From positions 1 to 57,082 of the forward strand of contig CAYISE010000001.1 of assembly GCA_964366055.1 (NCBI GenBank): a DNA stretch of 57,082 nt, in the 5' to 3' direction. Below are positions 36,492-44,000 of the stretch, piece by piece. Under the pieces are notes generated by a model that saw only the letters and a list, made by a program, of their open reading frames with translations, did not search any database and was not told the origin of the DNA. This DNA is from an uncultured Candidatus Saccharibacteria bacterium. Lineage in GTDB: Bacteria; Patescibacteriota; Minisyncoccia; UBA6257; GWB1-50-10. The translations under genes and the position numbers were made by a program. How positions within the stretch are numbered: position 1 is the stretch's first letter; each line of letters opens with the position of its first letter.

Positions 36492-37819
36492 TTGGCGTTT
36501 TTTTCCTGAAAAACGTAGGCGGCGAAAGCAAGTAAAATAAAAACATTGATGTAGATTACGAGCACGTCAAAAAGCGCGAAGCCCTGAACAAGATAAGCCA
36601 GCAAAACGCCGAGGAGAAGCGCGTTCGTAAAAGACGAGTTGCTTCCCGAAACTGAAATTTTCATTGAACGAAGCAATTGCCAGAAAAACGTCGCGAAGAT
36701 GCCGAGGAACGAAATAATACCCAAAAGGCCGGTCTCCACCAGATAGTCAAAGTAAATGCTGTGCGCCCGGTCAAACCACGCGCCGAAACCCTCGCTGGGC
36801 CGGAAATAGGCCGTGTTAAAGTGCCGGTCAAAAACCTGAATGTAATTTTCGGGGCCCCAGCCAAAAATCGGCCGTTCTTTAAACCCATCCCAAGCAATCT
36901 TCCACATTATGGCGCGGTCCTCAAATGTCCGCGCGGTAAAAGAAATGTCAAAGATGCGCGAACCGGGAATGGATTTTACGAAAGACGTGTCCTTAAAATA
37001 AATGAATGAACCGACTCCAATCACAAGAATGGCAACAGCGACCAGGAGCCACTTGCGCAGGGAAGCGTGAGCGTACATGAAATAGAATAAGCCGGCCGCG
37101 ACCGCCGCCATCAAACCGAGAAACGCGCCGCGGGTCGCCGCCGCGAAAAACATGGCCAAGAATCCGATGCCGGCGATGAAAAGCGCGATGGCGCCAGCGG
37201 ACGCCAGCCGCCGCCGATAAGCGGCAGAGAGAAGATACAACACATAGAATAACAAGAAGATGGAATACGCGGCGACATAAGCCGGATTCCCGATAGAACC
37301 GGAAAAACGGAAACCGGCATCGCCGAAGAGGGGGCCTATCGTTTTAGAAACGCCCAAAGCGGCCAGCAAACCGTAGAGACCCGAGAGAACGCCGCCAATA
37401 ATCGCCCAACCGAAAAGGCGCCGCCAATCCCGTTCTTCTTCAAATAGGGTTACGAGAAGAACGAAAAAAAACCAAAGATGGAGTATTTGAAAACCGCCCT
37501 CGCCGCGCTCAAAATTGGACCAAAAAGAATTCGCCGGATTCACCCCGAAAAGACCGGCCAGAAGAAACGCGGCGACAAACGCAGTAACGGCGATGACGAG
37601 CGGCCTCTTCAAAACGGCTAAAAGATTGCGGCCGATTACGCCCGCCTTATCCCGGAATAAAAGTCCGAGCAGAAAAAAGATGAGCGCGATATCCACCGTC
37701 GTCCGGAACCAGACGTACTTCCCGACAATGAATGGAAAAAGAGTGGAAATTGTCACGAGCACCACCGCGAGCGGCGCGATAAAAAGGAAGAATTTGGAAA
37801 TTTTAAAATAATCGAACAT
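36488..37819 (-). CDS. O-antigen ligase/Wzy_C-family polytopic membrane protein
   Basis: ATRGAFLGLMAAV...IFGWGPENY...AHSIYFDYLVETGLLGI is the Wzy_C signature. The track start at 37861 is a TTG. The ATG at 37819 is preceded by AGGA. Confidence 0.75.
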   Translation of the reverse strand: MFDYFKISKFFLFIAPLAVVLVTISTLFPFIVGKYVWFRTTVDIALIFFLLGLLFRDKAGVIGRNLLAVLKRPLVIAVTAFVAAFLLAGLFGVNPANSFWSNFERGEGGFQILHLWFFFVLLVTLFEEERDWRRLFGWAIIGGVLSGLYGLLAALGVSKTIGPLFGDAGFRFSGSIGNPAYVAAYSIFLLFYVLYLLSAAYRRRLASAGAIALFIAGIGFLAMFFAAATRGAFLGLMAAVAAGLFYFMYAHASLRKWLLVAVAILVIGVGSFIYFKDTSFVKSIPGSRIFDISFTARTFEDRAIMWKIAWDGFKERPIFGWGPENYIQVFDRHFNTAYFRPSEGFGAWFDRAHSIYFDYLVETGLLGIISFLGIFATFFWQLLRSMKISVSGSNSSFTNALLLGVLLAYLVQGFALFDVLVIYINVFILLAFAAYVFQEKNAK

Positions 37820-37921
37820 GTTCCTAAAGTATAGCAATAAAATAAAACCTCGCCAAACCAAAAGCTTTTTCCCGGGGGCTTTTGGACCGATTATACGCTA
37901 TCGGGAAACTTCATACAATCT

Positions 37922-37942
37922 TTACGATGCCGGGAATCGTAA
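37922..37942. repeat. REP-like hairpin TTACGAT-GCCGGGA-ATCGTAA, downstream flank of the transposase gene
   Basis: 7-bp stem and 7-nt loop. The 21-mer is identical at 38659-38679 and occurs as the reverse complement at 38448-38468. Confidence 0.85.
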
Positions 37943-37945
37943 GAT

Positions 37946-38638
37946 TTATTCTAATGTCGCGTCGCTGATATAATCCAAATCAAAATCTTTTAACCAATCA
38001 ATCAATGATTTTTTATATTCTAACGGCTCGCCTATTAATTCTGTAAGAAAATTCTTATTAATAATCGATGGAAAATTTTTAATACCTAAATAATCCGGCA
38101 AACTTGACCAATGATAAGTTTCTAAAAATTTCATTACCTTTTTATAATCTTTAATTTCTCTTTCTCGCCATTTTGGCTCATATAAATCTAACGGATTAAG
38201 GTGGATATAATAAGGAAGGTGGAGTAAATGCTGGTCAGATTTAATCGGAACAGCTTTGAATCTCCCTTGAAAAAGTACTCCGGCTCGTTCATTTTTATTA
38301 TTAAAATAATTGGCATATCCTGTCCCTAATTTTTTCATAAAATTTTGTACGCCATTATCTTGTTTTTGTCTAATTAAAAGATGAAAATGGTTGGGAATTA
38401 AAGAAAAGGATAAAATATCAACAATACATTTTCTATTGGGCCGATCTTTACGATTCCCGGCATCGTAAGATTGAAATTGGCGATAATAAATATTAGAAGC
38501 AGGGGCTTCGTCATTAAATTCGTATAAATCATGAATAAACCTGAAATAATCTTCGTCATCCAAAAAAATATCACGCCGGTCTACTCCCCTATTTAAAATA
38601 TGATAAATCCCTCCGTTAATAAATTTTTCTTTTCTCAT
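37946..38638 (-). mobile_element. HUH/Y1 transposase, IS200-like/REP-associated tyrosine transposase (RAYT)-like
   Basis: 230 aa. IYHILNRG..., the HUH motif NHFHLLI, the catalytic-Tyr region LPYYIHLNP and GRFK. The gene looks clearly more AT-rich by eye than its neighbours and is bracketed by identical hairpins. Confidence 0.8.
38448..38468. repeat. REP-like hairpin copy inside the transposase CDS (inverted orientation)
   Basis: TTACGATTCCCGGCATCGTAA is the exact reverse complement of the flanking 21-mer. It encodes ..SYDAGNRKD.. within the protein. Confidence 0.85.
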
Positions 38639-38658
38639 AATTGAAGTATATCACAACT

Positions 38659-38679
38659 TTACGATGCCGGGAATCGTAA
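38659..38679. repeat. REP-like hairpin TTACGAT-GCCGGGA-ATCGTAA, upstream flank of the transposase gene
   Basis: Identical to 37922-37942. The extended similarity is CTTTACGATGCCGGGAATCGTAA(G/A)AT. Confidence 0.85.
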
Positions 38680-38697
38680 AATCAAACTAACGGCGTA

Positions 38698-38738
38698 GTG
38701 AAACACAAAAACCGCCAACGGCGGTTTTTGTGTTTCAC
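38698..38738. terminator. strong hairpin, probable intrinsic (bidirectional-type) terminator downstream of the PG-binding surface gene
   Basis: GTGAAACACAAAAACCGCC-AAC-GGCGGTTTTTGTGTTTCAC has a 19-bp perfect stem with T-runs in the 3' arm. It lies 15 nt below the stop at 38753. Confidence 0.65.
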
Positions 38739-38752
38739 TCATTATTTAAGAA

Positions 38753-39689
38753 TCAGCGGCCGAGGAGTGAATTAATCTTTGCTCGCGTCTTGGGGCCAAG
38801 AGTGCCATAACCGACAACGCCGGGAGAGGCTATCCCATATTTCTCCTGGAATTTGCCCAGCGCTTTTTTGGTTAAGCCGCCAAAGTAGCCGGTGACCAAT
38901 CCTTCCGGATAAACCCCTTCGTTCTTCAACAGATTTTGAAGAGCCGTCACATCGCCTCCCTTTGACCCGAGAGAAAGGGGCTTGGTATAGGAGCCCGAAG
39001 ATGGAACAGCGGCGGATGGCGCGACCGAAGGGGTCGCAACTTTCTTGGACACTTGGAGAACAGCCAGATTTTCCATCAAAACCTTCAGATTGGCCTGAAT
39101 TTCAGCAACGGTTTTAGGTTGAGCGTAAGGCAGGGCCTTTGAGACGGCTGATGTAGCCGGGACGGCTGGCGTAGCCGGAACCGCCGGAGTTACAGTCGGA
39201 ACGGCTGGCGTAGCTGGCACAGCGGGAGTAACAACTGACACCCCACCCCCCCCACACCCGCCCCGAAACACCACCACCGCCGCCTCCTCCTCCTCCACCA
39301 CCACCACCCGAAACCGGATTAGTACAGGTATCGCTCGTAGGAGTGAGCGTAAGCGTCTCGGTTCCGGTTGAAGTCAGAGTTACTTCCGAATTTCCGCTAG
39401 AGCACGTAAACGTGCCCAAATTGTTGCCCAACATTTTCCTGTCCAGAGACCTGACCGTTATTGCGGACCCGCTCAACATATTAAAGCTCACCGAATCGCT
39501 CGCTACGGAAAAACTTGAAACACTCCCGCCCACCACGGTCAAATTAATGTTCAGTGAATCAATATGAATAAGAGCGTTCTCCGAAAAAACTATATCGTTG
39601 AATGCTGCCAAGGCCGAAAGAGGAGCGCTAAAAACCAGCGCCAAAGCAAGAAGGAAAACCGCCAATGGATAAATTATTTTGTTTTGCAT
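38753..39689 (-). pseudogene. secreted surface protein with C-terminal coiled-coil + PG_binding_1 module, split by a 1-nt frameshift beside a G8 tract
   Basis: ORF 39114-39749 has a signal peptide from the ATG at 39689 (MQNKIIYPLAVFLLALALVFSAPLSALA), a beta-rich domain and a poly-Gly run. ORF 38753-39307 has (TPAVPA)n, a helix, and LSLGSKGGDVTALQNLLKNEGVY...GYFGGLTKKALGKFQ. The two overlap in different frames. Removing one G from the run at 39246-39253 joins them into a 311-aa protein. Confidence 0.7.
39246..39253. repeat. homopolymer C8 (G8 on the coding strand) at the frameshift site
   Basis: Read directly: ...gaca cccc a cccccccc acacccgcccc... It is preceded on the coding strand by a 39-nt (GGN)13 tract encoding poly-Gly. 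Confidence 0.9.
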
Positions 39690-39783
39690 TATCTTGATTG
39701 AATTAACCCCAAAGACAGCGGAGCGGCCGACCTTTCCAAATAAACTCACGCAGTGCTCGCTGTTTTTAAGGCATTCCTTCTTA

Positions 39784-40803
39784 CTACTCGTTCTTGATGC
39801 AGAAATAATTCCACGTCAGCGTGAGAGTCGTTGTGCCGTGAATTACTCCGAAGTTCGTCGCGGTTGAAGTGGTATAAGTGCTCGTTGCCATCAATCCGGA
39901 ATTGGCGTCAGCGGCGGAAACGAGACAGACCGGCGCGGCGGTATATGTCGCGGCAAACGCTACGGTGGACGAGGAATGTCCGCTACTCACAGTCGTGAAA
40001 GAACCGACGGTATCCGTAGAAGCCGCGCTAACCGATGCTGTTCCATCGCCCGCTGTCGGAACGGTACTGCTGGAAACAAGCTGGCCGGCAAAATAGATTC
40101 TTCCGGTTCCTCCCTGAAGGACGAGCGTTGATGTTCCATTCGTGGAACCAACCATCACATAGTTAGGAGTCGCGTTGTTTGCAATACTCACTACTTTCCC
40201 GTTCGTCGCGCCCGTCGCGATGTTCACGGTCGTCTGGCCGGTGCCCGTACCGATACTCACGGTATTTACGCCGGAACTCTGACCCACTTTCAGCAATCCT
40301 GTCTGAACCGTACCGCCAATCGTAATCGTGCCGCTTGTGGTGGAGGTGCCAAAATTATACGTCGTGGCTCCAGCGCCATCCATCACGAAATTTCCCGTGC
40401 CGACATAAAAATTCAAAGACGACGTGCCATTCGTCGTCCCGATTGTCGTGAGATTAGGAACCGCGCCGGTGGCGATATTGACTAACTTCCCGTTTGTCGC
40501 GCCCGTCGCGATATTCACGGTCGTCTGGCCGGTGCCCGTGCCGATACCCACCGTGTTCACGCCGGTGCTCTGACCTACCGTGAGCAGGCCCGTCTGGGCC
40601 GCGCCGCCGATCAAGATGACTCCGCTCGTAGTGGAGGTGCCGATGGAAAACGTTGAGGTGGCCACCCCGTCTATGGAAATATCACCGCCCGTTGTGAACA
40701 CTCCTAAACCTAATGTTAAAGCGGCTTGCACGGAAATGATTCCCAAGAGCAATCCGCCCAGAACAACGCCGCTCAAAATTGAATATTTTTTGATTGTTTT
40801 CAT
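39784..40803 (-). CDS. secreted Gly/Thr-rich repeat protein (beta-helix or adhesin-like surface protein)
   Basis: 339 aa. Signal peptide MKTIKKYSILSGVVLGGLLLGIISVQA and two 97-aa tandem repeats containing GTGTGQTTVNIATGATNGK. Confidence 0.7.
   Translation of the reverse strand: MKTIKKYSILSGVVLGGLLLGIISVQAALTLGLGVFTTGGDISIDGVATSTFSIGTSTTSGVILIGGAAQTGLLTVGQSTGVNTVGIGTGTGQTTVNIATGATNGKLVNIATGAVPNLTTIGTTNGTSSLNFYVGTGNFVMDGAGATTYNFGTSTTSGTITIGGTVQTGLLKVGQSSGVNTVSIGTGTGQTTVNIATGATNGKVVSIANNATPNYVMVGSTNGTSTLVLQGGTGRIYFAGQLVSSSTVPTAGDGTASVSAASTDTVGSFTTVSSGHSSSTVAFAATYTAAPVCLVSAADANSGLMATSTYTTSTATNFGVIHGTTTLTLTWNYFCIKNE
40090..40671. repeat. 2 x 291-nt tandem duplication inside the 339-aa surface protein gene
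   Basis: GTCGCGCCCGTCGCGAT(G/A)TTCACGGTCGTCTGGCCGGTGCCCGT occurs at 40205 and 40496, a period of 291 nt. Protein residues 45-141 align with 142-238. Confidence 0.85.
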
Positions 40804-40963
40804 TGTTTTTTGTACTTTATCCTGTTTTAACTTACGACCTTTATTTTTTTATTATTTTTATTATTTTTTACACAAATCCCACCCGACCTTTTAAGCTCGC
40901 ATCTTTATTAAATATAGCAGATTACCAATCTTCTTGTTTGTGGATAACATCAGTAACACCAAA

Positions 40964-40991
40964 CCCCGCCAGTCCATATGGACTGGCGGGG
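40964..40991 (-). terminator. intrinsic terminator downstream of the 1140-aa surface protein gene
   Basis: CCCCGCCAGTCCA-TA-TGGACTGGCGGGG has a 13-bp GC-rich stem. On the minus strand it is followed by TTTGGTGTT. It lies 34 nt past the stop at 41025. Confidence 0.7.
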
Positions 40992-41024
40992 TGGTCTGAT
41001 TATTCGCTATCAGAAAACCGGATG

Positions 41025-44000
41025 CTAGTAGCCCGTATTGATCGTTCCGAGTGACGGCTTGCCATCTATGAAGAGGGCTTGCGCGATACCGGTAAGATCC
41101 GTCGGGGTGATGGTGCTCTCATACGGGTCTGAATCGTAACCCAGCTGGGAGTTATCGGCCTGATAGAGCAACAATCCGAGACGATTGACCGAGAAGTTCC
41201 AGTGAACTCCGCCCACCGATGTCTCGTGATTCTTGATAGTCAGGTAACGATAACCGCCGTTGCCGGTGATCTGACGATTCGCCGCCGTTGACGTTGAAAT
41301 ATCAAACGTCACCACGCCGCCGGAGACCGCCACATAGCCAGCAGACAGCATTTGAGCGGAATCGCTCTGTGAGCCGTCCTGCGCGGAAATGTACAGGTCG
41401 TAGGTGCTGGTTGAGGCGCCCGATTCGTTGAACGCGAAGGCCGTTGAGGTGCTCAAACGAATGGTCTTGGAACCGCTGTTCGTAATCTTGAAGATTCCAA
41501 GAGTGTTGTTCGCGCCGCAAGAGGCCGCCGCGGTTGAACCGCAAGTGGTAACTGCTCCGGCCGCAGGCGTTACGCCTGCGACAACCACCGGTTGGGAGGT
41601 TACGACAAAGTTGCCCGCCGAGGCCGGCACGCCTGTCTTCGTCGCCGCAGTAGAGCCGGTATTGGAACCCTTGACCGCAATGTCCACCGTGGTGGATGTC
41701 ATCACGAATCTGAAGAGGTCGCCAAGCCGGGCACTGCCGCCCGCGCCGATATCACCCTTCACGTAGATAGTCGTTCCGGAGACCGGCACTGGCGCTGAAA
41801 GGAGATTGTCGGAAGCGGTCACCGTGTAGGTGCAAGAGGTGGAAGAAGCCACCGTACCCACGTTCTGACAAGTCGGTTCAGCCGTCGCAAAGGCCGTTCC
41901 GCTGTTGTTCTCGTAGAATTTCACATTCTGAATCGTCGTCGTGGACAACTTGTTTATGGAAGATGTCGCATAGACGGTCAAGCTCGTGATTTTCTGTGTC
42001 TCATACTGCGAGGCCAACTGGAAGGCGAAGAAGGTCTGGTTGGTTGAACCCACAGCAACGGTCGTCGTCGTATTCGGAGAGCCAGCGGCGTCCGAAAGGA
42101 CGAGCCGTCCAGCCGCCACGTGCGTCTGGGCCTGACCGGAACCGGCAAACGTAATGTCGGAACCGTTCGTCAGGGTATTACCCCTCGTCACGCCCGTCGC
42201 CGTTATAGCCGAGGTGGAAGTCGCCACTTTGAATGTGTGCGCGTTCGTCCCGGAAGACGCATCTGCTTTCAAATGCAAAGTGACTTGAGTGGTCTTCGTT
42301 ACGATAAACGGAGAAGAGAAGTCAAAGGAAACCGTCGCGGCATTGGACGCCGTTGAAGCGGTCGTCGTCAGCGGCGATGTTTCGCTGTCCTTGTAGAGGT
42401 ACAAATTCTGGACCTCCGTCAGGTTCGCGCCGTCGGAAGTAACGACAATCTTTGAGACCTTTACATCCTCGCCGCCGGTTGAGGCGTCAAGTTTGATGGT
42501 GGAGTACTCGTACTGGGTCGTTCCCGCCACGATGCTGTTTGCCACCGGAGTGGAGAGCGTCGTTACGGTCAGAGCCGCGGCTTTTACGGAAATTGAATTC
42601 GCATCAGTCGCGCTCGTCGGATTAGAGACGAGGTCGTTCGTGGTCAAGCGCTTGGCGCTCGTGACCTGGAACGATTTCACCTGATAGGTGCTTACTGCCG
42701 TCGCGGTGGAGTTGATGGAACCCTCAATCGTGATGAAACTATTCACGCCCGAGGTAAGCACCGGGTAGGACGAGAGCGTGTACTCCGTCGCCGTGTCTAC
42801 CGAGATGCCGGAAGCGGCCGTTGAATAAACGATCGCGCCGTTCACTTTTACGTAAACCGTGCCAGTCAGCACTTTTGCGGCAGAGTTCGTGCTCGTCGCA
42901 ACGTAGAATTTAACCGCCCGGAGTTCGTAATTCTCACCAATCGGCTTCACCGTGTATTTAGCAAGGGAAACATTAGTGGAACCCGGAACCACGGCGGAAC
43001 TCGGCGAATCCGAGGCCTTAATCTGGGTCAAGGAACCCGAACCGATGGTCTGGATGTTGAAGCCATTACCAATCGGGAAGGTGGTGTCGTTCGTGCCGAC
43101 GCCCGGAATGACCGATACGGCCGTGCCGGAACCGCGGAGGTCAAGGTCATAGTTGTTGTAAACCACGTAGTTGATCGTCCGGGCCGCGCCGTCCACGATT
43201 TTCGCCTTGACGGTAAAGTCCTTCGTCTGACCCTTATCAATGAAGAACGGGGTCGCGAGATTGAAGGTCACATACTTGCCAACTTGCTGGGCCGTCGCGA
43301 GAACCGCCCCGGTCTGATCCAGTAATTGAACATCTTTAACATCCGCATCCGCACCACTCCCATTGTTGTAGATCATTATGGAGTAGAGATTCACCGCCTC
43401 GTTAGAGGAGGTTTCAGTAATGCGGAATTTGGTGATTTCCTGCATGCTCACGGCATCAACGTTCAAGGTGGAAGAACCCGTGCCCGTCAACACGTCTAAG
43501 GTGGTGGAGGCCAGAGAGGTTCCGCCGTTCACGATGGTCATCAAATTGCCGGCAATCGGGAAGGAGCCCGAGATCGCGGTCGTGTCTCCGGTAATCGCCG
43601 AAGCGGATTCAATGCTGAAACCGACATTGCCGTTCAAGTTTCCGGAGAGGAGGTTAAACCTGACCGTGAAACTGGTGGACATACCCGCGGACACCGTAAT
43701 CGGCGCGCTCGGGAAGGTGATACCGATGGTATTGTCGGAATTGATGGAGGTGACGACATTTCCATGTCGCACGCCCGCCGCGTCAATAACGTCAACGCCA
43801 TTCAAATTGGTGTTCGCCACGAAGCCGGTCTTTTTCAAGGTGATTCCGGTAACGCTCACCGCTTTGGAGCCGGCGGTCAGATTAACTTTCAACGCGGAGT
43901 TGAAAGCCGTGCCGCTGCCGATGGTTCTTACTGTCGGCGTGTCCGACGCCAAACTCACGACGAGGTCGCTCCCGGAGGGAACAACCACGACGGGGCCTGT

